Below, piece after piece: positions 38,090 to 47,474 of a stretch of 64,000 nucleotides of DNA. The first letter of the stretch is position 1. The number at the start of each line of letters is the position of its first letter. This DNA comes from an uncultured Nitrospiraceae bacterium (GTDB taxonomy: Bacteria > Nitrospirota > Thermodesulfovibrionia > Thermodesulfovibrionales > Dissulfurispiraceae). A program made the position numbers and the translations under genes. The DNA lies in the NCBI GenBank assembly GCA_947085205.1, contig CAMTVO010000001.1, positions 27,142 through 91,141 of the forward strand, written 5' to 3'. The notes under the pieces are model-generated. The model was not told where the DNA came from. It saw only the letters and a list, made by a program, of their open reading frames with translations, and searched no databases.

Positions 38090-38125
38090 TGAACAAGTGA
38101 AATGGACGGTTTATAGGTTTATGGG

Positions 38126-38383
38126 ATGAATAACAAGGAAATTCAAGATTTTGGTTTTCAGCCGGGTGAAGTAGAAATACCCAAGCAGGAAGAGTTTTAT
38201 AAGCTTCCCCGCAGGTTTGGGAGTGTGCCTGTGGATGAGGCGCCGCATCATCCTGATTTATTCCCTAAAGGCGCAAACAGGCTTTTCTTTGGCGACAACC
38301 TTCATGTGATGAGGCAGTTGCCTTCAAACTCTATTGATTTAATCTATATTGACCCGCCGTTTTTCTCTAACGGTAAAAATTAA
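38126..38383 (+). pseudogene. Truncated amino-DNA methyltransferase (N-terminal part only)
   Basis: NRLFFGDNL..MRQLPSNSIDLIYIDPPFFS, then stop; no SAM-binding motif. Confidence 0.85.
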
Positions 38384-38386
38384 CTA

Positions 38387-38614
38387 ATGAAACAGCGAGA
38401 CCAGTTATTTAATAACAAACCAATACATACATCTATCGTCAATGAAGTATTTGGAAAAGACTTGTTATTGCTTACCTCAGTGAATGAACTTTTCGAGCTT
38501 GAACTTGCATTGATAGAATCTCGTTCCTTGTCTCGACAAGAATTATTATTAGGAATTGATTCTATTGGTATTGATGTTAGCCCGTTTTGCCGACTATTGG
38601 CGAGGGTTGTTTAA
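38387..38614 (+). pseudogene. Probable deleted remnant of another methyltransferase-like gene
   Basis: LLGIDSIGIDVSPFC resembles the segment after MTase motif I; only 75 aa. Confidence 0.45.
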
Positions 38615-38663
38615 TATTGACAAGTAAAGCTGTTATAATCTGATAACAGGTATTAGAAAAGAC

Positions 38664-40043
38664 ATGCTGACAAAAGAATATATTAATGAATTAAAAATAG
38701 CGGGTAACGGCGCATTTTCCGAAGCTATTAGGAATTTAAAAGATAACGGCAGCATATCGTTTTTACTTCAAAAATTAGGTCATTTGCCCAAAGATTTTGA
38801 CGGACATTTGTTAATTCCTTTATTAAACAGTGAAAGCTCGCAAGTCAGGTTGTGGGCAGTAAAAAATCTTGGGAAACTTGAGGATGTAGCATTTCTTAAA
38901 ATACTATCAAAAGTTGCTACGGAAGACGATGATTCAATGGTCAGGAGAGAAGCAGTATCCTCTATTGGAAGAATGCGAAATCCTCAGAATAAATCAATAC
39001 TGATTAAACTTTTAATCGATTCAGACCCAAAAGTTATTTTGCAGGCTATTCGTGGATTGTTGGTTTTTAAAAATGATGAAACCGTAGATAATAGTTTGAA
39101 ACAGTTAATCAAGCACCCGAATGAGATGATTCAAACTGTTATCCACAAAGAATACTTTGCAAAAGATACAAACAAAATTGAACAACCGCATCCAGAAACC
39201 TATAATTTTTTAAAGAATGTTGTTGTAAATGGTGATGTGAGAGATATTTTAAAACTTGTTCCTGACGAATCAATTCACCTAACGTTTACCTCTCCTCCTT
39301 ATTATAATGCACGGGATTATTCTATTTATCAAAGCTATAAAGACTATTTGGAATTTTTAGCAGAGGTCTTTAGAGAAGTTCATAGGGTTACTAAGGAAGG
39401 ACGCTTTTTTATCTTAAACACCTCACCAATTATTATTCCAAGAGTAAGCCGACAACATTCCAGCAAAAGATATCCCATTCCTTTTGATATTCATCACCAT
39501 TTAATTGCTATGGGCTGGGAATTTATAGATGATATTATTTGGTTAAAACCTGAATCAAGCGTAAAAAATCGTAATGCTGGTTTTTTACAGCACCGCAAAC
39601 CACTTGGATATAAACCTAACCCCGTAACAGAATACTTAATGGTATATCGTAAAAAAACTGAAAAGCTTTTGGATTGGAATATCCGGCAGTATGATTGGAA
39701 TATTATTAAAGAAAGTAAAGTGCAGGGCAACTATGAAACATCTAATGTATGGAAAATTGACCCAACATTTAGTAAGGTTCATTCCGCAGTGTTTCCTATC
39801 GAGCTATGCAATAGAGTAATTAAATTCTATTCATTCAAAGACGATTTAATTTTTGACCCATTTGGTGGTAGCGGTACTTTAGGGAGAGCAGCAAAAGGTT
39901 TAGAAAGATATTTTTTCCTGACAGAGAAAGACGAAAAATATTTTCAGGAAATTAAAAAGACTTTAGATAATAAACCCTTTTTCACTAATAAAATGCCTCA
40001 ATATCTCACTATAGAGCAGTTTAAACGGATGGTTAAAAAATGA
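38664..40043 (+). CDS. N4C/N6A DNA methyltransferase (beta class) with N-terminal HEAT repeats
   Basis: TSPPYY, HSAVFP and DPFGGSGT; VRLWAVKNLG and VRREAVSSIG HEAT-like units. Confidence 0.9.
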   Translation: MLTKEYINELKIAGNGAFSEAIRNLKDNGSISFLLQKLGHLPKDFDGHLLIPLLNSESSQVRLWAVKNLGKLEDVAFLKILSKVATEDDDSMVRREAVSSIGRMRNPQNKSILIKLLIDSDPKVILQAIRGLLVFKNDETVDNSLKQLIKHPNEMIQTVIHKEYFAKDTNKIEQPHPETYNFLKNVVVNGDVRDILKLVPDESIHLTFTSPPYYNARDYSIYQSYKDYLEFLAEVFREVHRVTKEGRFFILNTSPIIIPRVSRQHSSKRYPIPFDIHHHLIAMGWEFIDDIIWLKPESSVKNRNAGFLQHRKPLGYKPNPVTEYLMVYRKKTEKLLDWNIRQYDWNIIKESKVQGNYETSNVWKIDPTFSKVHSAVFPIELCNRVIKFYSFKDDLIFDPFGGSGTLGRAAKGLERYFFLTEKDEKYFQEIKKTLDNKPFFTNKMPQYLTIEQFKRMVKK

Positions 40044-40954
40044 CACTTACTGAATCAGTTGCTAAAAATATTATTCAAAAACTTATTAAGGGACAAGACT
40101 ATAGGATAGAAATTGTAACCCTGATTAATGCAGAGTTTTTACAGTATGCAATTGACTTTTTCAAAAAACTAATAGACGCAAAACTTAAAAACCAGGATAT
40201 TACCGTTGATTGGTATAAGAAAGAATTTTTGAATCCAAATCTTCCAGCAAAAGACATTGCGATTCATTCGGGGCTAAACAAAAAAACTATACATAACATG
40301 TTCAATTCTTCTACTAAGGAAATCGTTATTGATGCTTCAAATGAAAATTATGACACACTTTTTGAAGCCATTAAAAATTTAGTTGATACTGAACAAGAAT
40401 TAGAATTAACCCTAACCATTAAATTTAAAGGGGTAAGTGTTGATTTAAATGTTAGTGAGAGCTTAATCGTTATCAATACACTGGCTGTTAAACGAGCAGA
40501 ATTAAGAGGCGGCTTATGGAGTACCGCGGGCAAAAGAGTAGAAAAGCCGTTAATGTTAACTTTATGCGAGTTATTTAATGTAGATAACAAAAATTACGCA
40601 ATAAAATATAAGGGTAGATCAAAAAAGAAACCCGAATTTGAAAGAGAAATAGATTTCTATCTGTTAGAAGGCGATAACAGTTACAAGTGTGAGGTTAAAT
40701 TAATGGGCAGAGGAAATCCAGAGAGCGCTGATGCAGTTATAGCAAGAGACAGCAAGGTTTTTGTTGCCGACAAATTATCTGATACTAATAAGAAACAGTT
40801 AGATAGTCTGGGCGTTGAATGGGTAGAACTCAGAAGTGACAATGGATATAAAAGGTTTGCCACCGTACTAAAGCACTTGAATATTCCTTATCGAGATTTT
40901 AGTGAAGACATTGGACCAAGACTATCTCAAATCTTCAAAAAAATACTTATATGA
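40040..40954 (+). CDS. Type II restriction endonuclease, CfrBI-like
   Basis: REIDFYL...CEVKLMGRGNPESADA PD-(D/E)xK core; LRGGLWSTAGKRVEK; ATGA-coupled to the MTase. Confidence 0.8.
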   Translation: MTLTESVAKNIIQKLIKGQDYRIEIVTLINAEFLQYAIDFFKKLIDAKLKNQDITVDWYKKEFLNPNLPAKDIAIHSGLNKKTIHNMFNSSTKEIVIDASNENYDTLFEAIKNLVDTEQELELTLTIKFKGVSVDLNVSESLIVINTLAVKRAELRGGLWSTAGKRVEKPLMLTLCELFNVDNKNYAIKYKGRSKKKPEFEREIDFYLLEGDNSYKCEVKLMGRGNPESADAVIARDSKVFVADKLSDTNKKQLDSLGVEWVELRSDNGYKRFATVLKHLNIPYRDFSEDIGPRLSQIFKKILI

Positions 40955-41030
40955 GGACATAAACAGTTATGGCAGCAAATGCGAGCCAGTGGTGCACTAA
41001 AGAATATTCTGAATACAAAAGGAGTAAATT

Positions 41031-41273
41031 ATGTCTCTAAAAGTCGAACAAATATTAGACAACTTTTTTTTCACAGAGGGAAGTCCCAAAATCTATGCTA
41101 CAGGAGTTTATATAGAACCGGCCAAGATTAAAATTGGGAATAAAGAAAGATTTGTGTGGGTTGTGTCACAATTTGATGGAGATTCATACTTGAATGGCAA
41201 ATTGTGTTCTCCTGAAGTAATGTCAAAGAACTTAAAAGACTTATGCAATATTAACAATCAAAAAGAAGGTTAA
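41031..41273 (+). CDS. Hypothetical protein
   Basis: 80-aa ORF with AAGGAG RBS. Confidence 0.5.
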   Translation: MSLKVEQILDNFFFTEGSPKIYATGVYIEPAKIKIGNKERFVWVVSQFDGDSYLNGKLCSPEVMSKNLKDLCNINNQKEG

Positions 41274-41335
41274 TTAATGAGATTGCCATTGAAAGAGGCT
41301 TAACCGCAACACAATGGGTTACTGATTATGACCCC

Positions 41336-41596
41336 ATGAAAAAACAGATATATGACAGAAGTGAAGTTGAGATTACACGGGTTAACCTGAGTGGAATTAA
41401 AGGAGTTGTTCTCGATGAAACGAGGAAATATCGCCCTGATTTTTTGATTGAACGTATTGATGGAACTAAAGAAATCCATGAGATTAAGGGCAGACACTTT
41501 CTTGAAAACCCTGATACATTGAGAAAGCGGGAGGCTGCTGAAAATTGGTGTAAGAGACGGGGGATGAAGTTTATTGTAATATCAAAAGAGAAATAA
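41336..41596 (+). CDS. TnsA-N-like PD-(D/E)xK nuclease fragment
   Basis: [10 protein letters not shown]...I.EIKG...K..AA..WC...G..F.VI. Confidence 0.6.
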   Translation: MKKQIYDRSEVEITRVNLSGIKGVVLDETRKYRPDFLIERIDGTKEIHEIKGRHFLENPDTLRKREAAENWCKRRGMKFIVISKEK

Positions 41597-41612
41597 AACT
41601 TTAGGAGGACAG

Positions 41613-41927
41613 ATGCTGCCTGAACTGAAATATGATGAAAACGGCCTTATACCGGCCATAATACAGGATATTGAAAACGGCGACGTGCTGATGATGGCAT
41701 ATATGAATGAGACATCTCTGAAAATGACTATCGATACAGGGTTTACGCACTTCTGGTCGAGGTCGAGGCAGAAGTACTGGAAAAAGGGTGAGACCTCGGG
41801 CAATCTGCAGGAGGTAAAAGAGATACTTTACGATTGCGATGCAGACACGCTTTTAATAAAAGTCAAGCAGCACGGCGGTATCGCATGCCACACAGGGAAT
41901 AGGACATGTTTTTACAGGAATATTTAA
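41613..41927 (+). CDS. hisI: Phosphoribosyl-AMP cyclohydrolase
   Basis: [22 protein letters not shown] and [10 protein letters not shown]. Confidence 0.97.
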   Translation: MLPELKYDENGLIPAIIQDIENGDVLMMAYMNETSLKMTIDTGFTHFWSRSRQKYWKKGETSGNLQEVKEILYDCDADTLLIKVKQHGGIACHTGNRTCFYRNI

Positions 41928-41942
41928 AGGTAATAAAAGGTA

Positions 41943-42080
41943 ATAACAAGAAAGGCATCTGCCTTCCGCTTCATTCTCGAATGGCATCCGGCCATTCTCC
42001 GAAGCTACGCCAGCCCGCTTAGCCATCCCTGGCACGCTTGGGCTGCCGAAGTCGCTCCAAGCAAATGCCTTTCTTGTTAT
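41943..42080. mobile_element. 138-bp GC-rich structured element with 20-bp terminal inverted repeats
   Basis: ataacaagaaaggcatctgc ... gcaaatgcctttcttgttat (19/20); internal gaatggc/gccattc hairpin. Confidence 0.7.
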
Positions 42081-42118
42081 AATGGTTTTATTCAAGAACT
42101 TTGCTGTCAGGAGGTTTT

Positions 42119-42463
42119 ATGAGCGATTGTATATTTTGTAAGATTGTTGAAAAAAAGATACCTGCCAAGATAATCTATGAGGATGAATATGCCCTTGCCT
42201 TCGAGGACATAAATCCTCAGGCGCCGGTTCACACCCTTATTATTCCCAAAAAGCATATCCCCACGCTCCTCGATATTAAAGAAGAGGATAATAACCTCGT
42301 CGGACATCTCCTTAAGGTGGCAAATAAGATTGCCAATGACAAGGGCATTGCAGAGAGGGGTTTCAGGATTGTGACAAACTGCAATCCTGAGAGCGGGCAG
42401 ACGGTTTACCACATCCATCTTCACATTCTCGGCGGCCGCCAGATGCACTGGCCTCCGGGATAG
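42119..42463 (+). CDS. HIT-family nucleotide hydrolase (HinT-like)
   Basis: CIFCKI, GQTVYHIHLHILGGR and WPPG. Confidence 0.95.
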   Translation: MSDCIFCKIVEKKIPAKIIYEDEYALAFEDINPQAPVHTLIIPKKHIPTLLDIKEEDNNLVGHLLKVANKIANDKGIAERGFRIVTNCNPESGQTVYHIHLHILGGRQMHWPPG

Positions 42464-42520
42464 AAGAAAATGGAGTGTTGAAGTAATGGAGTGATGATTA
42501 TTTAAAAGAACACTTTTATT

Positions 42521-43078
42521 ATGCAAACAATCGATAAAAAGACAGTCTGGCAGGGGAATTACATCAGGTCGATAATTTTAACCTACAAGGACTATTCGGG
42601 AAATTTAAGGAACTGGGAGGCTGTAGAAAGGGTTAACTGCAACGGCATAGTTGCCGTTGTCCCTGTGACCCCAAACGGAGAACTCCTTCTGATACGGCAG
42701 TTCAGGCCTGTTGTGAATAATTTTGTGGTTGAGTTCCCTGCAGGGCTTAATGATAAAGGTGAGAGCCTCATTGATGCAGCAAAGCGGGAGTTGATTGAAG
42801 AGACGGGTTATACTTCTGATGAGTTTATATTCCTTTCCGAAGGGCCTTTGTCATCCGGTCTGTCCACAGAAATATTGAGTGTATTTCTGGCAAAAAATGC
42901 TGTTTCGGCTGCGCCTCAATTAAAACAGCAGTACCCTGCCGAGGAGACAGAAAATATCGAGATAATAAAAACGCCCATGTCTTTGGCTTATGAAACACTC
43001 GGAACCCTTCGGGAGAGGGGAGATTACATAGACTTGAAAATCTATGGGCTTGTGGAGTTAGCAAAGAAGCGTTTATAG
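42521..43078 (+). CDS. NUDIX hydrolase (ADP-ribose pyrophosphatase-like)
   Basis: EFPAGL...GE....AAKRELIEETG. Confidence 0.92.
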   Translation: MQTIDKKTVWQGNYIRSIILTYKDYSGNLRNWEAVERVNCNGIVAVVPVTPNGELLLIRQFRPVVNNFVVEFPAGLNDKGESLIDAAKRELIEETGYTSDEFIFLSEGPLSSGLSTEILSVFLAKNAVSAAPQLKQQYPAEETENIEIIKTPMSLAYETLGTLRERGDYIDLKIYGLVELAKKRL

Positions 43079-43160
43079 CGTTATAGTGTGGAGCGTTATG
43101 GTGTTAAAAAATAAGTTCCATAGACGCAACAAGCGCTATAACGTTCAACGCTATAACGCA
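43069..43160. repeat. Inverted pair of octamer arrays between the convergent NUDIX and ferredoxin genes
   Basis: tatagcgt tatagtgt ggagcgt tatggtgt ... gcgctata acgttca acgctata acgc. Confidence 0.85.
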
Positions 43161-43343
43161 TTACTCAAACTTTATCGCCTCAGTAGGGCAGATGTTTGCC
43201 GCCTCCTCACAGTCGCATGTATTGCACTTGCCGGGGCCTATTACCCATGCTTTGTCATCCCTGAGTTCAAAAACCTCCGGGCATACTTCGATGCATGAGC
43301 CGCAGCCAATGCAAAGGTCCATATCAACTACCGGTGCTGCCAT
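43161..43343 (-). CDS. Single-cluster ferredoxin
   Basis: CIGCGSC...CPEVF...CPTEAI; RBS AGGAGG. Confidence 0.93.
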   Translation of the reverse strand: MAAPVVDMDLCIGCGSCIEVCPEVFELRDDKAWVIGPGKCNTCDCEEAANICPTEAIKFE

Positions 43344-43470
43344 AGAAAACCTCCTAAAAAGTTTAATTTTTGGTTATTATAACAAAATACCCCCACAAAT
43401 ATTCTATGATAAAAAGCAGATTCCTGAAAATTTTATTGATTTTGGTCCCTGTTTTAAGGATAATTTAATA

Positions 43471-43541
43471 GTTCATGACTGATAGCTCATAGCTGGCAAC
43501 TGATAGTGAAACAAACTATGAGCCATAAGCTATGAACGATG
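43471..43541. repeat. Inverted pair of heptamer arrays (TAGCTCA family) upstream of proA
   Basis: gactgat agctcat agctggc aactgat ... ctatgag ccataag ctatgaa cgatg. Confidence 0.8.
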
Positions 43542-43561
43542 TACTAAAGATGGAGGTTTTA

Positions 43562-44818
43562 ATGGATATAAAGCAGTTTGTTGTCAATAAGGCTAAAGAG
43601 GCCAAAGAAGGCGCAAGGAGTCTTGCAAAGGCATCGTCAGGACAGAAGAATTCAGCCCTTGTAAAAATGGCGGAGGCCCTCAGAAGCAGGGCAGGATATC
43701 TGATTTCGGAAAACAAAAAAGATGTAGAGTATGCAGAAAAGAAAGGCCTCTCAAACGCCCTTATCGACAGATTGACCCTGAATGAAAAGCGCATTAACGA
43801 GATGGCGCAGGGACTTGTGGAGGTTGCACAATTGCCTAACCCTGTTGGTGAGATAACGAGGATGTGGCAGAGACCGAATGGCATGACTGTCGGCAGGATG
43901 AGGGTGCCTATAGGTGTTATAGGAATAATTTATGAGGCCCGTCCCAATGTTACAGCAGATGCAACGAGCCTGTGCCTGAAGGCAGGCAATGCGGTTATAT
44001 TGAGGGGAGGGTCTGAAGCTATAAATTCAAATAGGGCTATAGTTAATATCCTGAGAGATATTGCAAGGGCAGAGAGGATTCACGAAGGAGCCATTACATT
44101 TATAGATATCCCTGAAAGGGAAGCCATAATGGAGATGTTAAAGCTCGAGGGGATTATTGACCTTATAATTCCCCGCGGAGGAGAAGGGCTAATCAGGACA
44201 GTTACTGAAAACTCGAGAATTCCTGTACTTAAGCACTACAAGGGAGTCTGCCATGTCTTTGTGGACAGGGATGCTGATTTGATAATGGCAGAAGAGATAT
44301 GCTTTAACGCAAAGGTCCAGAGACCGGGAACCTGCAATGCAATGGAGACAATGCTCATTGATGAGGCCATTGCGGAAGGATTTTTACCTAAGATGCTTAA
44401 GAGATTTGAAGAGGCAGGGGTTGAACTGAGGGGCTGCCCGAAGACCATATCCATTTACCCTGATATAAACGAAGTTAAAGAGGAAGACTTCTATAACGAA
44501 TACCTCGACCTGATTTTAAATGTCAAGGTTGTCAAAGACATGGACGATGCAATGGAGCACATTGCAAGATACAGTTCTTCACATTCCGATTCGATAGTTA
44601 CAATGAATTATGACAGGGCAATGAGATTTTTACGGGAAGTTGATTCATCTGCGGTGTTTGTTAATGCATCTACAAGGTTGAACGATGGGTATCAGTTCGG
44701 ACTCGGTGCAGAAATAGGGATATCAACAGACAAGATCCATGCAAGGGGGCCTATGGGGCTTGAAGAGTTGACATGCACAAAGTTTATCGTGTTTGGAAGC
44801 GGCCAAATCAGAGAGTAA
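43562..44818 (+). CDS. proA: Gamma-glutamyl phosphate reductase
   Basis: IYEARPNVT, LRGGSEA, CNAMET and EIGISTDKIHARGPMGL. Confidence 0.98.
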   Translation: MDIKQFVVNKAKEAKEGARSLAKASSGQKNSALVKMAEALRSRAGYLISENKKDVEYAEKKGLSNALIDRLTLNEKRINEMAQGLVEVAQLPNPVGEITRMWQRPNGMTVGRMRVPIGVIGIIYEARPNVTADATSLCLKAGNAVILRGGSEAINSNRAIVNILRDIARAERIHEGAITFIDIPEREAIMEMLKLEGIIDLIIPRGGEGLIRTVTENSRIPVLKHYKGVCHVFVDRDADLIMAEEICFNAKVQRPGTCNAMETMLIDEAIAEGFLPKMLKRFEEAGVELRGCPKTISIYPDINEVKEEDFYNEYLDLILNVKVVKDMDDAMEHIARYSSSHSDSIVTMNYDRAMRFLREVDSSAVFVNASTRLNDGYQFGLGAEIGISTDKIHARGPMGLEELTCTKFIVFGSGQIRE

Positions 44819-44839
44819 ATAAGTAGAGGAGGGATTGTT

Positions 44840-45118
44840 ATGTCAGAGAAGTTAAGCTTTGAGGAGTTTGTAAAAAAGGCGATAGTCAGCCTAAGAAAAG
44901 AAGGGTACAAAGGCATACATACGGTGTATTCAGGTTTTAATGATGCATTCAAAAAATATTTCAACGGAGAAGACCCCATAAAGACAACGAATCAGCTTGC
45001 ATCGGAGGGCAAGCTCGTGATAATGCCTGTTAAGGGTGGTGTAATGCTTTACCTGCCTGAAGATGCCCCTGCATCGAGGACGCGGGGAGAAGATGCCCTT
45101 GAAAAGATGGGGTTGTAG
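44840..45118 (+). CDS. Conserved hypothetical protein
   Basis: 92-aa ORF with strong RBS, in the operon between proA and nadD. Confidence 0.8.
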   Translation: MSEKLSFEEFVKKAIVSLRKEGYKGIHTVYSGFNDAFKKYFNGEDPIKTTNQLASEGKLVIMPVKGGVMLYLPEDAPASRTRGEDALEKMGL

Positions 45119-45120
45119 AT

Positions 45121-45816
45121 GTGCGTTTGGGAATTCTTGGAGGTACATTTAATCCGGTGCATTTCGGCCATTTGAGGGCTGCAGAAGAGGCAAGGTATAA
45201 GGTTAGTCTCGATAAGGTTATCTTTATGCCTTCCGGCAATCCGCCTCTTAAGGCAGTCGATTTGATAGACGCATTTCACAGATATACCATGACAAGGCTT
45301 GCGACTGTTTCGAATGTGAATTTTGTCGTCTCTGATATAGAAATAAGGCAAACAGAGAAATCGTATACAGTCAACACGCTCCAAAGGCTTCGAGAAATCT
45401 ATCCTGATGACGAGCTCTTTTTTATTCTCGGCATAGATGCCTTCTTGGATATGCCCAACTGGTGGCAGCCTGATGCGCTTGTAAGCATGGTTGACCTTAT
45501 ATTGGTAACAAGGCCGGGTTTTGATTTTAAGGATATTATGAAGTCGCCGTACATTAAAGACAGTAACAAGTTACAAGTAATGAGTAACGAGTTGAAAGAA
45601 AAAAAAGACACTAACAGGTTACAAGTTGCAGGTTACAAATTAGAAGACTCTGAACTAAAATTAAAAAGTGGAAGAAGGGTCATTCCCCTTAAAATGACAC
45701 CGTTAGGCATATCGTCTACAGAGATAAGGAGGTTCTTAAAGGAGGGTAAGAGCATAAAATACCTTTTGCCTGAACCAGTGGAAGAGTACATATATAAGCA
45801 TAAACTATATCAATAA
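45121..45816 (+). CDS. nadD: Nicotinate-nucleotide adenylyltransferase with a repeat-derived insertion
   Basis: GGTFNPVHFGH, SYTVNTL, FILGID and ISSTEIR. Confidence 0.96.
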   Translation: MRLGILGGTFNPVHFGHLRAAEEARYKVSLDKVIFMPSGNPPLKAVDLIDAFHRYTMTRLATVSNVNFVVSDIEIRQTEKSYTVNTLQRLREIYPDDELFFILGIDAFLDMPNWWQPDALVSMVDLILVTRPGFDFKDIMKSPYIKDSNKLQVMSNELKEKKDTNRLQVAGYKLEDSELKLKSGRRVIPLKMTPLGISSTEIRRFLKEGKSIKYLLPEPVEEYIYKHKLYQ

Positions 45817-45819
45817 ATG

Positions 45820-46185
45820 GAAAATTCCAATAACCAAGTGCCAATTTCCAAATAAACTCCAATAATCAAGTATAAAATTCCCAAAACTTTTGCGTCATTC
45901 CCCGACCCCCTTGTCATTCCCCGATTTAATCGGGGAATCCAGAGGGCAAGCTTAATCAGGGGGTAAGAAAAGTGATTTATTCCATAATTTAACTGTCGCA
46001 CTATAGTTAATTAACTAATGTCGCTTTGTCGCACAAAGGTGGCGATGGTAAAGCCTTTTATCCGCCCATGCCTACTCATGATTAACGTTCAATTGCATTT
46101 TTTGGGATAACTATTTGAGGTTGTTTGCTTTTCCATGTTATATTACTTTACCCCGTTAGAAGGTCGGGGCATTCTAACGGGGTGT
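45820..46185. repeat. Intergenic stack of at least five different miniature repeats
   Basis: Heptamers 45823-45880; gtcattcccc...ggggaatccag hairpin 45913-45941; core repeat 45980-46019; MITE arm 46033-46106; accccgttagaa/ttctaacggggt hairpin 46150-46184. Confidence 0.85.
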
Positions 46186-46227
46186 ACATTTAATTTTTAC
46201 AATGGACATAAAGGAGGTTCTTGATTA

Positions 46228-47460
46228 ATGCTTATTGTTCAGAAATACGGCGGCACTTCTGTTGCGAATGTGGAAAGGATAAAGGCTGTTGCCGAGCGTG
46301 TTTCGAGGGCTGCAAAGCAAGGCAATAAAGTCGTTGTTGTAGTCTCTGCAATGGCAGGAGAGACCGATAAAATGATAAACCTTGCCTATCAATTATCATC
46401 CAACCCCAGCGAGAGGGAGATGGACCTTCTCCTTTCATCAGGAGAGCGCGTAACCAGCGCCCTGACCGCTATGGCAATCGAGGAACTCGGACATAAGGCG
46501 AAGGCATTTACAGGAAGGCAGATGGGGATAATAACCGACGCTGTCCATACAAAGGCAAAGATAGAGAAGATAACAGCAGAAAGGGCGAAGAGGGCGCTGA
46601 ATGAAGGTTATGTGATTGTCGTTGCAGGTTTTCAGGGCATAACAGAAAACGAGGACGTAACAACCCTCGGAAGGGGAGGCTCTGACCTCTCCGCAGTAGC
46701 AATAGCATCGGCGCTTGATGCAGATTTGTGCGAGATTTATACCGACGTCGACGGCGTTTATACGGCAGACCCGCGTATAGTTCCCGAGGCAAAGAAGATG
46801 GACAAAATATCGTATGAAGAGATGCTTGAACTTGCAAGCCTGGGCTCGAAGGTTTTGCAGACGAGGTCTGTGGAGTTTGCTATGAAATACAATGTGCCTG
46901 TTGTCGTCAGGTCAAGCTTTAACGATAATCCAGGGACACTTGTTACCAAGGAGGATGAGGATATGGAGAAGGTTGTAGTATCTGGAGTTGCACATGATAA
47001 AAACCAGGCAAAGATTACCGTGCTTGGAGTGCCTGATAAACCTGGAATTGCCGCAAAGCTCTTTAAGGGCATTGCAGATGCAAATATAGTCGTTGACATG
47101 ATTGTCCAGAATATAAGCAGCGCCAAAGATAAAGATGAAATGGCTACAGATATATCATTCACTGTTCCAAAAACAGACAGCGGGAAGGCATTAAAGCTCA
47201 CTGAAGATATAGCAAAGGAGCTTGAGGCAAAGGGTGTTGACCTGAGGGAAGACATTGCAAAGATATCTGTGGTGGGCGTCGGCATGAGGACTCATTCAGG
47301 AGTAGCAGCCCAGATGTTCGATACTCTTGCAAAGCACGGGATAAACATTATGGCTATCAGCACATCTGAGATTAAGGTGTCATGTCTGATAGATGCAAAG
47401 TATACGGAGCTTGCAGTAAGGGTGCTGCATGATGCATTCGGATTAACTGGCGGCAAATAA
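46228..47460 (+). CDS. lysC: Aspartate kinase
   Basis: [18 protein letters not shown] and [12 protein letters not shown]; two ACT domains. Confidence 0.97.
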   Translation: MLIVQKYGGTSVANVERIKAVAERVSRAAKQGNKVVVVVSAMAGETDKMINLAYQLSSNPSEREMDLLLSSGERVTSALTAMAIEELGHKAKAFTGRQMGIITDAVHTKAKIEKITAERAKRALNEGYVIVVAGFQGITENEDVTTLGRGGSDLSAVAIASALDADLCEIYTDVDGVYTADPRIVPEAKKMDKISYEEMLELASLGSKVLQTRSVEFAMKYNVPVVVRSSFNDNPGTLVTKEDEDMEKVVVSGVAHDKNQAKITVLGVPDKPGIAAKLFKGIADANIVVDMIVQNISSAKDKDEMATDISFTVPKTDSGKALKLTEDIAKELEAKGVDLREDIAKISVVGVGMRTHSGVAAQMFDTLAKHGINIMAISTSEIKVSCLIDAKYTELAVRVLHDAFGLTGGK

Positions 47461-47474
47461 GCGGGATAAGAGAT

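Noticed and set aside
43086..43298. 70-aa plus-strand ORF
   Set aside because: Built from the octamer array and antisense to the ferredoxin gene.
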